Below, piece after piece: positions 26,882-39,503 of a stretch of DNA of 64,000 nucleotides. This DNA is from Octopus sinensis. Its lineage: Eukaryota. The translations under genes and the position numbers were made by a program. The notes beneath the pieces are model-generated. The model made no database searches, was not told the origin of the DNA, and saw nothing but the letters and a program-made list of their open reading frames with translations. Numbering within the stretch: the stretch's first letter is position 1; each line of letters opens with the position of its first letter. The stretch spans positions 72,232,472-72,296,471 of the forward strand of contig NC_043009.1 of NCBI RefSeq assembly GCF_006345805.1. Direction: 5' to 3'.

Positions 26882-27957
26882 CCCTTTCGTTACTATATTT
26901 CTGACCAAATTACACCCCTTATGTGTTTCAATTAATTTCTAACGTAATCATAAATTTAGTCTGGTTTCATTAAACAACTATAACTTTTTTATTTATCGAT
27001 ATATCAATCTGATTTTTGGAAGATAATTTAATGAAATATTCTCAACCAATTCTATATTATAATTTTTGTTACAAAGTGACTCTAATTGCAGGTAGATACA
27101 GGTAAATTCCACAAAATATAAAATTATAAAAATTTTGTTCAAACATCGCTATAGAAAATGGGTTATTAGCTAATATTCCATTGGGTATATAACAAAATTT
27201 TACGATAGAATTTGTTATTCTGGGTAACTTTCTGATACCCATAATAATATTTACGGCAAAATAGTCTTAATTTCATTTAAGGTTGAGGGAAACCACAAAC
27301 TATCGTTTCTTTTGCTTTGTTTACGTTTAGCGTAACGGTTCGTCTCCGCTGTAATGATTTCAAATAGGCTCATTCGAAAAAGTAAAAAGAAATAGTCTAA
27401 GGCTTTACTCTTCTGGGAAAGTCTGTGGCTTGGTCCAGTTTCTTCAGAGAAATCACCGAAAGAAACAGTTTTTAAATTTTCACTCGATTCAGGTGCCAAT
27501 TCGTTTTCTTTATCGCTATCGGAGATCTCAGATTCACTGTTTTCACTTTCGGAAAATGAAACATCAGATTCATTATCAAATACCACATGCTTTTTTTTTT
27601 CAGTCATAGAGTTAGATTTATGAAGGTCTTCAGTAGTAAATCCTTCGAATTCTGACTCACTGCTTGATATAATGAAATTCGTATCCATTTTTTGTCAGAA
27701 TTACAAATTTTGAAAACACAATAGGAACAAATTTCGGAAAAAAATCTCCCAAAATTCACGGAATTAAAATTATACTTCGATTATTGTACAAAACTGTAGT
27801 TGAACTGTTTACGAAGTATAATACGTGTTTTCACGAATGTACTGAAGAGATTTGCTCTGATATTCTCATTTAAATATGAATAGGTAAATTCGGGCGGCTT
27901 TGGGCGGTTTGGTTTCATAAACAAAAATTTTGTTCGGGCGGCTTGGTAACGAAAGGG
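26882..27957 (-). mobile_element. Non-autonomous piggyBac element carrying the transposase N-terminus
   Basis: TTAA at 26878-26881 and 27958-27961; 12-bp TIR CCCTTTCGTTAC. ORF 27251-27688 has an acidic N-terminus and LDYFFLLF...IITAETNRYA...W..T..EI, typical of the start of the piggyBac DDD domain. Confidence 0.92.
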
Positions 27958-28254
27958 TTAAGATTATTGTCTGTGATTGCCGCTTTAATTTTGTTAACCC
28001 TTCTAGGCCTCAGTCCAATGACTGAAACAAGTAGAAAGTAAAAGTGTTATCTTATATCGTTTACTTGTTTCATTCACTAGACTGCGACCATACTGGGGCA
28101 CCGCATCAAAGGTTTTGGTCAAATTGTAAACAAACCAACACTGGTTGTCAAGTGGTGGTGGGACACAGATACACACTCGCGCACGACAGGCTTCTCAGTT
28201 TTCGCCAACTCACAAGGCTTTTGTCAGCCACGGTTCCTATTATATACAGAAGAC

Positions 28255-28517
28255 GGATCTTTTCCTTTTGAACGGCACTTTTCAACACAATTTCTAGTTA
28301 ACTAAACACTTTTAAACTTTGTATACTGGTAGAATGTGTTTATAAAACATCATTTTTTCTTGGCTTTATTGAGAAAATTCTATATGTTGTAACATATTTC
28401 GTCTTTAATTTCGAGCATTTCGGCAATTTTAACCAATCGCTGATGTCCATTTAGGTAAATAACATTCTGTGCATAATGAATATATCCCTCCTTTAAGAAA
28501 CAGATTGGGTTTATTTA
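28255..28517 (+). repeat. DNA-transposon-like repeat (same family as 24600-24951), interrupted by an LTR
   Basis: Starts GGATCTTTTCCTTTTGAACGGCA; ends where the TGTA LTR start begins. Confidence 0.7.
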
Positions 28518-30568
28518 TGTACAGTCACCGGAAGTAACTTGCACGGACACCGGAAATACATCTGCCATCAACAGAGAAAACAAAGCAACTACTCCCAGCG
28601 ACTTGCCTGACCTTTCATTGGACAAAACCTACCTACCTGCCATTCTATTGGACACTGGCTAAACATCACTGCTGATATTTTTGTATAAATAGACATCATA
28701 AATCGCTGTAAAGCAGTTGGCCTTTTGGCACTGGACTGATGTAAATCGTGTCCCTCTCGCCTGCCACGCTCGCCACTCACGCCGCCTCGAACCTTTGTAC
28801 TGCCATTTCACGCCTGAAATAACTCGCTGTATAAACTTACACCTCTTATCTGCTCGTCATTTCAACTACTGCTTTCGTCTGTCCAGTTTTGCTGATTACG
28901 ACCACAGTCATTCTCAGAGCTAATTCAAGTCTGATCTGAATGCGATAACAGTCCTTTTTAGGACTATTCTTGGATTGGATCTAATTGTGATAACCGTCCT
29001 TTTAAGGGCTACCCTCAGATCAGAACAGAAGTAGTGGCCAAGAATCATACCCGCTACAATTGGTGACCCCGACAACGAATCAAGCGAACAGCATATCAAG
29101 AATCAGCATGGACACGCCAAAACCAACAACAGAGGCTGATATACCAACCACGCAAGCAGCTTTAACCATGAAGGTCCCTGTTTTTTTGGTCCAACGACCC
29201 AGCCCTGTGGTTCGCCCACATAGAAGCACAATTTGCCGCGAATAGAATCAAGCATGACTCTGCAAAACTCATGCACATCATTAGGTCAGTCCCACCAGAA
29301 GGAATTAATGATGCGAACTACCGCATCACAGCAGAGACGACTCAACCAACTTGTGTCTGCAGAAAAGTTGGGGGACAGAAAACTGTCCAAACTGCTGCGT
29401 AAAATGAGACAGCTGATGGAGGACCAACCGCTGTCAGAAGAGGTCCTGAAACAGCTTTATCTACAGCGCCTGCCCTTACCAATGCAGGGCATTCTGGCGT
29501 CGACCAACGACACAGCAACCCCGGAGGAACTTGCGCGTGTTGCAGATAGAATCGCTGAGGTGTCAAACCCCTTTCCTTCTGTGGCACAAATCAACCATCG
29601 GACGAACCCTTTCAAAGCGTCCTTAGACTCTACCTCCGGGATTGCAGAACTGCGAGCTATGATCAGAGAGCAGGCTGGTCAAATTAAAGTCCTCACAAAC
29701 AAGCTAGAAAACTGGACCTTGGAAACACACTGGCGGCGCAGCAACAGTTCATAAAGTCCACTCACCGTCGAAGATCCAGAAGTCCCAGTCAAAATCGTGT
29801 GTCTGGCAACATCTGCTGGTATCACTCAGAATTCGGCGCACGGGCATCTAAGTGCAAGTCCCCGTGCTCTTTCCTGAATACCCCCCAGGGAAATGGGTAG
29901 ACCAGGGCCTAGCGACGACGTTCACCCCTGGTACTGAGAAATTCTGACTTTCGGTGAGAAATCACTGACCCTGAAGCGTCGTTTCCAGTTCATTTTCGTC
30001 ATGGCAGACCTACCAACCCCTATCTTAGGAACCGATTTTCTCCACCACTTCAACCTTCTGGTGGACATGAAGAACTGGAGGCTTATTGACACCACCACAA
30101 ACCTCACTGTGAGAGGTATATTTACCACGCAACCGACAGTGAGCCCTGTAATCTGTCAGTCAGAGCCTTCGCGTTACAACAGCATTCTCCAGAAATATCC
30201 AGACATCACTCGCCCGGTATGTAAAGATGGACCCATTAAACATCGTGTCACACATCACATCGAGACACGAGGACCACCCACAGCTGCCCGACAAAAGGTA
30301 CGTCACGTAATACGATGTCAATGAACTGTTGAAAAGTTTGTGCAGCGTTGCGCAGACCGAACAGCATTCGCAGGAATTTGAATAAACCGAAGTGTTGTGA
30401 TTGCCGTCTTTGGAATATCAGCAGGCTCCACATGTATCTGGTTATATGCCCGCACCAAATCTATCTTAGAAAAGATGCGTGCGCCTTGCAGGGGCAGAAA
30501 AATCGTGCAAGTGAGGTACAGGGTAATTATCGGGCACTGTGGTATTGTTGAGTGCACGATAATCCCCA
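28518..30568 (+). mobile_element. Ty3/Gypsy LTR retrotransposon of CsRN1-like clade, truncated and rearranged
   Basis: 5' LTR TGTA...TACA at 28518-29058; PBS TGGTGACCCCGAC at 29061-29073, complementary to the tRNA-Trp 3' end. gag has KVPVFWSNDPALWFAHIEAQF and a CHCC finger CWYHSEFGARASKCKSPC. Protease region ILGTDFL; RT fragment inverted at 30290-30568. Confidence 0.88.
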
Positions 30569-30899
30569 AAATTTCAGACCCTGGGCCTATAGTGGGAAGG
30601 GATTATTATTATTATTGCTACTACTGATCATCAGGTTCCCCTGTTCCCAACACGCTCTGTGTAGAGTTCAGTACACCATTGGCTGATATGGCAGAAGTAT
30701 GCCCTGAGACTATATTCTGTGTAGAAATTTCTGGATGCTAAGCTGATGTGGTCAGAGATGTTTTTGTCCAGCTTCTTTGACAGAGCTACAGTCCTCTGTC
30801 CAATAAAGACCAAAACTGGACACTTGTTATTTGGAATGTGGTCAAGTATTCACAGTTCTCTAACAGTCTGGCAATGCAGTTAGTAACAGGTGAGCCCTT

Positions 30900-31170
30900 T
30901 CATTCTTGTGAGTGGATTTGGTAGATGGAAACTAAAAGAAGCTCATCACGTGTGTGTGTGTGTCTTTGTCTTGACAACATTATAAATGAATGTTATTCAT
31001 TTCCAAAATGCAAAACCATGTCAGACCATGGAGAAATATCACCTTACTTGGAAACACATGAGGGTTGGCTACAGGAAGGGCATCCAGCCATAAAAAACCC
31101 TGCCTCAGTTAACCCCCATCTCCTCTATGCAAGGATGGGAAAGTGAATTTCAAAAAGGATGATTATGATA
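30900..31170 (+). mobile_element. SINE fragment with OR-type body and RTE-like tail
   Basis: gtgagtggatttggtagatggaaactaaaagaagc followed by gggttggctacaggaagggcatccagcc and gatgattatgat. Confidence 0.6.
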
Positions 31171-31429
31171 TACATGTAATTGTTTCAATGTCTCGTTTTG
31201 GGGAATTGGTTTCATTTTTGGATTTGGTTTGCAAGATTCTTTATATGAGTTCGTGTGTTGAAGCATATTCTGTTGTGTCTGGGGAGAGCCATTTTCTTTT
31301 TGTGACTTATTATTTAACACACTCACTATTAAAATTTCCACTTTTTTCTTATTTTTATTTCCTAACATTTTCGTTGCGTCTTGCAACCTTTTCAATAGTC
31401 TTGACTCTGTCCCTTATTTACACTGCGTT

Positions 31430-31800
31430 CCCTTTTGTTTGTTTGTGCGCATGTGTGCCTGTGCATGCATAGGTATATATGTGTGTGCATCTGTATGTAT
31501 GTATTCTGCATATTTATGTGCTTGCATGTCTGTTTGTGTATTTTTTATGTATGTGTGTGTGTGTTTGTATATGTATGCACTTCTCTCTCCATGTGTGGAC
31601 ACGTGTCTCCATGTGTCCTTGTGTGAAGTAAAGTGTGTGTATATATGGTCATGTGTTTCAGTTTCCATTTGCGTATGTGTGCTTGTTTGTTCATATAACC
31701 TATCCATCTGTACGTTGATCTGTTTTATTTTCATATCCATATGCTTACATATATTTGCATATATACATATATACCCACACACACACATACATCTATCTAC
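31430..31800. repeat. Degenerate (TG/TA)n low-complexity tract
   Basis: Dinucleotide-rich sequence that explains the spurious C/V/Y/M-rich ORFs. Confidence 0.8.
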
Positions 31801-32494
31801 GTAACAGTCCACTAACTATTCTACTCTACCTGTGTAAATTGTGGGTGTGGGGGTATGTTTCAATGTCTATTTTTCCTTTTTCTTATATATATAAATGTGG
31901 TAACAGTGTGAATGTAACACTTGAATTTGGTTTCCCAGGCAGCATCAAACCAGCTGAGGAAATCCTTCCTCATCTAAAATACATCTGCAATAATCCTCGG
32001 TCGCTCAGCAGACAACCAAGATGTTTGGGTTGGTGTTCGACAGCATTTTATAGAAACAGGTAATGAGACTGTTGTTGTTGGACAGTCCTGATGGAGTAAA
32101 CCTTAGACTAAAGGCATTCCAGCCATGACCATACCTTCTTTTTACAGAAACAATTATCGCTAAGAGTATATTATCTGAAGAATCTTTCTTTTCTTTAAGA
32201 TTTGAGGTGCTAATTAAATTTTATATATTCAAATGAAGTTCAGATATTAAAAAAAATGAGCTTAAAAAAGAATTTATTATATCAAATAAGCAAAGAATAT
32301 AACATAGACAGGTGAATGAAAAAAATGCAAAGTAAATTTATTGTCTTTTAGAAATTTCCAAATGTATTACATCTTGCATCATTGCTGTCATTAAATAATT
32401 TAGCAACTTCGTCCCCCATTCCTGAAAAAGTGGTGGGGGTACTTGTCCTCTGGTACTTCCCTGAAATAAGACTGTTGATCTCAACCTTATCAGA

Positions 32495-34520
32495 CAAGTC
32501 GTCGGATTTGTCCAAACAAGAGTACAAAGTAGAGTCATCAGCATAGATTATTAGCTGACAGATGATATGATTAGGCGGATTATTGATAAAAAGAAGAGAG
32601 TTGGGCTCAGGACAGATCCTTGAGGAACCCCAGCATTTATAGAATAACTAGATGACCATCTAGGACAACCTTGATCCTACCATCATAAAGGAAAGAGGAG
32701 ATGATGTTCAGCATAAAACCTGATACACCAAAGGATAGGAAGTTCCATAGAAGTCCAACATGTCAAACCCTATCTTATACCTTAGAGATATCACGAGAAA
32801 CTCCCCTAGCTTGACCAGATATATTCAAGGCACGATGAACATGCTTGGATATAACAGTGAGATCACCAGTTGACCATCCGGCATGGAAACCATTTTGCGA
32901 ATCGGAGAATAAACAATTTGAGTCAAGATATTTTACAAGAGTCATTAATCAAGGACTCAAAAACTTCACTGATGATTGGTAGCAGACTAGTTAGTCTATA
33001 ATTATAAGGATTAAATTGATCACCACATTTCTTAAAGACAGGAACAGCAGTTAGGAATTTCCATAAAGAAAACAAGATTCTAAGACAGACTTTCAGAAGA
33101 GCCAAGATAAGATAGAAGACAACTCAGGAGAGCACTTCTGAAGAACAATAACTGGAATACCATCAAGTCCAGTTGCTTTATATGGATCCAACCATGCCAC
33201 AATGGCCTTATTTAGAAGTCATATGACAACTGTGTAACAGTTTATCAGTTTTGAGAAAAACATCAGGAAGTGGATGACCAGAGTCATTGAGAATATAGAG
33301 AGAACTGAAGAGTTGAGCAAAGAGCTCAGCTTTATCATTGAATGTTGTCAAGACCTCAGATCTGTTGAATAAAGGAGGAATAGAAGACTTCTTGTCACCT
33401 CTAACACTTTTAATAATTCTCCAGAAGTCACGAGAGCCTGCTTTCTGGGATGATATACGATCATGAATGTGCTGCCCATAGTGTGATTTAGCATCACGAA
33501 TGACAGCCCAACTGGGATTGCAAGCATTGGTAAATAGCTGTTTATTCACTGCAGAATTATCTCGCTGAAACTGGTGGGGAAAATGATTATGATGGGTGAT
33601 AGCAGGAGAAGACCAGGGTGAGGAATGTGGTTTCAGCTGGTATTTGCGAGCTGGTATGAAGATGTTAATACCAGCAGAAATCCAAGTAGTAACTTCCCCA
33701 GCACAGGCCTCAGCAGGTTTAGCAAAAATGTCGGTCCAAGGAACGTCACGAAGAAAGCCAAGAAAATTGTCCCATTCACCACAATCATAGCTGAATAGAG
33801 CATGATGAATTGGGGATTCCTTGGCAGCAGAACAATTAAGTGAAATGCCAACTGCAACAGCAACATGATCAAATCCCTGCCAGTAGAGAATCATGACAAA
33901 CCTTACAGATATCAGGATTTGATGGCAAAAAGAGATCAAAGAGGGAGGAAGATTGGTCATCGCCATCAGGAATGCGAGTAGGAAAGTCAACGAGTTGTTT
34001 GAGCGATTGGGAAAGTGCAAAATTATAGGCTTCAATGCCAGATGCAGTAGTGCCATGAGAAAACTTAATCCATTCTTCATGACGAATTTTAAAATCACCA
34101 AAGACAAATATATTTGCAGACTGTATAACAGAACAATTTTGAGAAGATGGAGAACAATAGAGAAAGAACAAGTAGCTAGTTGAGTGCAGAAGAGAAAGCG
34201 CATGAAAAGACAGCGGAGGATCCTCAAGATCTTTCTCACGAACGATGGGAAGATCGACATGAGCAAAGACGCCCAAGCCATGCATATGATTGTAAGAGTC
34301 CTTCTGGTAAAGAGGAAGATAGCTAGGAACAACGAAATCATCTGAAATGTCTGAACTGAGATTTGTTGTGCTCAAAGCAAGGATGTGAAAAGAGTTCTGA
34401 GCAAAAAATGACTTAACATCTGCAAGATTAGAACGGAGACCACATACATTGGTGAATGCAATAGTAAAAGGAGCAGGTGATTTAGCTGAGTCTGGTTTGC
34501 AATTTTATTTCATGGAGACT
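32495..34520 (-). mobile_element. CR1-group/jockey-like LINE ORF2 remnant (APE + RT)
   Basis: FTNVCGLRSN, FVFGDF, LKQLVDFPTRIP, PHSSPW, RDFWRI, KAELFA, ATGLDGIP, NYRLTSLLPIIS, GVPQGSVLSPTL and ADDSTL. Exact clade not resolved. Confidence 0.8.
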
Positions 34521-34772
34521 GTCATGATTGAATTGAATGAAAAAAAAAAGACTAGCCAGGGATGATTTCCACCTTAATTAAGCAAGTAATCAGCTTCCCT
34601 GTGGTGTTCCAGCAGCTGCAGGGACAGCCACCCATGCGCGTCATGGCACTACAGATACATAGATGGTCTTTTCTGTTTCAGGCACAAGGCCTGAAATTTT
34701 GGGGGAGGGGGCCAGTCAATTACATCGACCCCTGTACACAACCGGTACTTAATATCAGTACAATATTTAAGA

Positions 34773-34870
34773 GATGAGGAATTATGTGCCTTGTTTACAT
34801 TTGACAGATATTTGTCAACAAATAAGATGACGACAAATATCCGTCAAATGTAAATAATGCGATACTTCAT
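34773..34870. repeat. Short palindromic MITE remnant nested in a SINE
   Basis: tttacatttgacagatatttgtc / gacaaatatccgtcaaatgtaaa inverted pair. It splits the minus-strand SINE (3' part about 34700-34752, 5' part about 34877-34986). Confidence 0.6.
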
Positions 34871-35754
34871 TTATATATTCCGAAAGATGAAAGGCAAAGT
34901 TGACCTTGGCAGAATTTGAACTTAGAACATAAAGACTGATGAAATACTGCTAAGAATTTCACCCGACATGCTAACCATTCTGCCAGAAACACTGATATTA
35001 TACAACTGTCGATAGAGCAGTCTCTCCATGTGCCACCGGAGGGTTTAGGCTGCATTCAGGTCACGATTCCTGTGTGCTCTTTCTGATGACACATTTCAGC
35101 CACTTGGATATTGTGTGTGTGTGTGAGCTGTCTTGTCCTCATATCATGGGGGATTTCACCATTGCTGTCTCACAGCATTCTTCGATTTCAATGTTTGGTG
35201 TAAACATGTCCAGCCATGGAGAAATATTCCCTAGCTCAGAAACAGATGAAGATTGGCAACAAGAAGCACATCGAGCAAGATGTACTGCTTTACATCCTTT
35301 AGCTTAGCAGTTCAGCAAAGGAAACAGATAGAATAAGTACAAGATTATAAAAGAGTATTGAGGTCAATCTATTCAACTGAAACCCTTTGCAGCAGAAACA
35401 ATGTCAAATGGCATCTTTTATTCCTTCTGAAATACGTTATAAATGGAAGTGTTGTGAGAGAATGGGTCTTGTGAAGTATTTTATTCCATCATTAGTGGAG
35501 CTTGTTCTAAGACACAGCTTCAAGAGTTTGGTATCATGTGCCATGAGATTTTCTCTTACATTTGCTGTGTGATAATGCATCTGATAAGATTTCTTCCACA
35601 TACTGACTGATAAAGTTGCAGTTCTCTATGTATGCAGAGATGTGCACTTTCTTCTTTTTCGCAAGAGAATCAGTGATATGGTTTCTCTCCTGTATGTGTA
35701 TGTTTATATGTAGTTAGACTGCTATTGTAATAAAATTTGCCATGGATATCACAC

Positions 35755-37119
35755 TCATGACTTCTCTTCTCTATGTGTTCGTTTGTGTACAGTTACATGG
35801 CTACTTTGTGTGAATGTTTTACCACAGATATCACAGCGAAATGGTTTCTCTCCTGTATGTATACGTCTATGTGCAGTTAAAGTGCTATTGTGAGAGAATG
35901 GTTTACTACAGATATCACAATGATATGGCTTCTCTCCTGTATGAACATATTTGTGACCAGATAGATGGATATTTTGAGAGAATGATTTACCACAGATATC
36001 ACAACGATATGGTTTCTCTCCTGTGTGAATGCTTTTGTGTTGGTTTAGATTGCTATTCACTGAGAATGATTTACCACAGATATCACAGTGATATGGCTTC
36101 TCTCCTGTATGAACACGCTTGTGCGTACTTAGAGAGTTACTGTTAAGGAATGATTTACCACAGATATCACAGTGATATGGCTTCTCTCCTGTGTGAGCAA
36201 ATTTATGTCGAGTTAGACTGTTAAATTGAGAGACTGATTTACCACAGATATCACACTGATATGGCTTCTCTCCTGTATGAGCAAATTTATGTTGAGTTAG
36301 ACTGTTAAATTGAGAGACTGATTTATCACGGATATAACATTGGAATGGTTTCTCTTCTGTATGAATACGCTTGTGTCGAGTTAGATTGCCATTTACAGAA
36401 AATGATTTACCACAGATATCACAGTAGTATGGCTTCTCTCCTGTATGTGTACGTTTGTGTAAAATTAAATCATACATCATAAAAAATGATTTGCCACAGA
36501 TATCACAGTGACATGGCTTATCTCCTGTATGAATTCGTCTGTGTGCTGCTAAGCGACTGCTTGCACAAAAAGATTTGCCACAGATAGAACAATGATATGG
36601 ATTCTCTCCCGTGTGAATAAGTTTGTGTTTACTCAAACTATCTGGATTAGAGAATGATTTACCACAGATTTCACATTGGTACGGTTTCTCTCCTGTATGG
36701 ATACGTTTGTGTTTACGTAGGTTGCTATTTAGAGAGAATGATTTACCACAGATTTCACATTGGAATGGTTTCTCTCCTGTATGAATACGTATGTGTCTAA
36801 TTAAAGCAGCTGTATGAGTGAATGATTTACCACAAACATTACATTGATATGGTTTCTCTCCTGTATGAATACGTATGTGTCTAGTGAGAATGCTTTTTCC
36901 AGAGAACGATTTACCACAGATATCACACTGGAACAGTTTCTCTCCTGTATGAATATATGTATGAGTTATAAGGTCACCTTTTCCGGAGAATGACTTCTTA
37001 CAGAAATCACATTGATAAGATGGGTTACATACATCCATTGGCTTCTCATCAATAAAACCAGTCCTTGTAGACTCTGATTCACATTTAATATTCTCCCCAC
37101 ACAATTCATTTTCCATCAT
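35755..37119 (-). CDS. Tandem C2H2 zinc-finger protein, 15 fingers (14 intact), single coding exon, about 454 aa
   Basis: Repeated CxxC-x12-HxxxH with TGEKP linkers; first ATG at 37119 (MMENELCGE). An upstream acceptor tttcttttttatttcAG (exon start 37477) indicates a spliced 5' UTR. Confidence 0.95.
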   Translation of the reverse strand: MMENELCGENIKCESESTRTGFIDEKPMDVCNPSYQCDFCKKSFSGKGDLITHTYIHTGEKLFQCDICGKSFSGKSILTRHIRIHTGEKPYQCNVCGKSFTHTAALIRHIRIHTGEKPFQCEICGKSFSLNSNLRKHKRIHTGEKPYQCEICGKSFSNPDSLSKHKLIHTGENPYHCSICGKSFCASSRLAAHRRIHTGDKPCHCDICGKSFFMMYDLILHKRTHTGEKPYYCDICGKSFSVNGNLTRHKRIHTEEKPFQCYIRDKSVSQFNSLTQHKFAHTGEKPYQCDICGKSVSQFNSLTRHKFAHTGEKPYHCDICGKSFLNSNSLSTHKRVHTGEKPYHCDICGKSFSVNSNLNQHKSIHTGEKPYRCDICGKSFSQNIHLSGHKYVHTGEKPYHCDICSKPFSHNSTLTAHRRIHTGEKPFRCDICGKTFTQSSHVTVHKRTHREEKS

Positions 37120-37639
37120 ATTTCTTTCTTTCACCACAATGTATGAATCCTTTTTTGCTTTTCAGTTTTAACTTTTTATTCCACACTGGTATTTATTGTG
37201 ATATATTTCACTGAACTGGAATTTTTGTCAATATCTGAAGAGGCTGAGAATTCCTTTCTTATTCCAAATACATTTGAAGGTGAAAACCATCTTGAACACA
37301 TAACAGACAGTGAAGTCAAGAAATATCACAAAGAATTTCAGTTAAATCAAATAATTCACAGCAACTCTTCCACAGATATCTCTTCTGTATAAAAAACTTC
37401 CTTTCAACTTTCAAAGACAGTAATGTTGATGTATCTCTCGTATAAAAGTTTCTTTAATGCCACTGTAATTTAGATGTCTGAAATAAAAAAGAAAAAATTT
37501 CCGTTAGAAAGGATAGAGCAGTGGAAATTTTAATATATTTGTAGAACGAGCTTTTGCTATACTCCTTCACATGAACAATTAAAACGTTTACTTTTTAATT
37601 TGGTGAGAAAATTACATTATACAACTTTATGGGAACCAT

Positions 37640-38105
37640 CCTCATCGTTTAACATCCGTTTTCCTCGCTAGCATGGGTTGGACGATTTGATTGAGGTCTG
37701 GCGAACCAGATGGCTGCACCAGGCTCCAATCTGATCTGGCAGAGTTTCTACAGCTGGATGTCCTTCCTAATGCCAACCACTCCGAGAGTGCAGTGGTGCT
37801 TTTATGTGCCACTGGCATGAGGGCCAGTCAGGCGGTACTGGCAGTTGCCATGCTCAAGTGGTGATTTTTATGTGCCACCTGCACAGGAGACAGTCCAGTA
37901 GCACTGGCAACGACCTCGCTCAAATGTTTTTCCACATGCTAGTAAGGCGACGCTAGTAACAATCACGCTCGAATGGTGCTTTTTACGTCCCCTGGTATGG
38001 AAGCCAGTCAGCTGCTCTGGCAACAACCATGCTCGGATGGTGCTCTTAGCGCTCCACTAGCACGGATGCCAGTCGTCGCATTTTATTTCAATTTCACTTG
38101 CAGAG
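37640..38105 (-). mobile_element. RTE 3' end fragment
   Basis: Reverse complement of the RTE tail and the GGTGGCAC repeat units. Confidence 0.85.
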
Positions 38106-39099
38106 TTTAGTGTCCAGGCAACATTATTGATGTTAAACACATTCATACAGGAGAGAGACCGTTCCAATGGGATATCTGTAGTAAACGACAAAATAGTAGA
38201 TAATAATATTCATCTATCTTGAGAAACATAATTCACCATTATTTGGTGGTGGTGGTTTAGTTCCAAGCCAGCTCTGACTGGGAGAACCTATCATGAAAGA
38301 CATCTCAAACATAACTACCACATCCATCCCTCTCACATTAATATATCAATGACATTATTTGAAATAATCAACTGAAATTTGGCTAATATTTCTAGAAGTT
38401 TTAGCAACTCTGTAAGGGTCTCTCATTGTGTTGTTGTTCTCTAGCCTCAAGCCAGCTTAGATTCAGCAGATATGTGACTACAGTTTAATGGTTATGAATT
38501 CTATGACAGATGTAAATGGAACATTATGTTGATGATCAGAGAAAAGATGATAGGGAAAAAAAAAAAAAAAAAAGAAAACAATACTAACAAAAGAAACCTC
38601 AAAAGGATGCTGGAGACTGTGTCATGGGTATCATTAATGATCGTTCACTTTCTTCCAGGAAGCATAGAAGATGGCCAAATGGTTGTATCATTCTGTGTAA
38701 TTCTGTACATTTAAGAAGTTAATATTTCTCCCACGGCCATACATGTTTACAATTAGCATGCAATGACAAGGACATATACACACATCTCATCCTTTAACGC
38801 CCACTTTTCTACGCTTGTATGGGTCAGCCGGAATTTGTTGAGGTAGATTTTCTATGACCTGATGACCTTTCTCTCGCTAACCCTTATTTTTTTTTCCAAA
38901 GAAGTCTGGAGATGAATAACATTGTTTGTATGAGAAGAGTCAAGAACATTAACAACCCTCACATGACATCAAAGCAACACACAAATACACATCCATATAT
39001 ATATATATACACTAATCCTTTGCCATAATGCAGTTTATTACTTAAGCTTACGTCGATTGCTCCGTGGTGTTGTTATGCATTTCTAATAAAGATCAATGA

Positions 39100-39490
39100 A
39101 AATCCTTCAGTACGTGGTGATTAAAAAAGGAAATAAGAATTAAAGGGGAAATAACGAGGGCAGATAAGAAAGTCAACTCACTGCTAAACAACGTAGACAT
39201 TGGTTATAGCAACCAAAAGGTGAACAAATCTCTTTTTCTATAGAATTCCTCCATATAAATTCCTGTAAATACGAAACGAATAAATCACCTGACATTCCAA
39301 ACTGACGTCGTCGTCTTCCTTTTACATGAATATTCTCCACGTTTTGAGTGTCGATGTCCTTATTTGTTGGATCTACAAAGTTCTGATGTACAATCACTTT
39401 GTGAGTGTACATAGCATCATTTAGGCTCCCAATAGTTCCTGGCTGTTAGTTCTCTTTTTAATTTTGATATTCTTTTTTAATCACCACCTA
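39100..39490 (-). mobile_element. Merlin (IS1595/ISXO2-like) transposase remnant
   Basis: YTHKVIVHQNFVDPTNKDIDTQNVEN...SYLQEFIWR matches the H..VNH..NFVDP.TG.HTQ.IE...YL.EF.WR signature. Confidence 0.75.
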
Positions 39491-39503
39491 CTGAAGGATT
39501 TTC

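Noticed and set aside
31414-31812. Overlapping Cys/Val/Tyr/His-rich ORFs (also 56277-56789, 61901-62594, 45422-45634)
   Set aside because: Translations of (TG)n and (TA)n microsatellites.
34773-34870. Hairpin as a miRNA candidate
   Set aside because: It is nested within a SINE and looks like the paired TIRs of a collapsed MITE.
35814-36146. Antisense ORF over the zinc-finger gene
   Set aside because: A by-product of the 84-bp finger periodicity; no independent coding signal.
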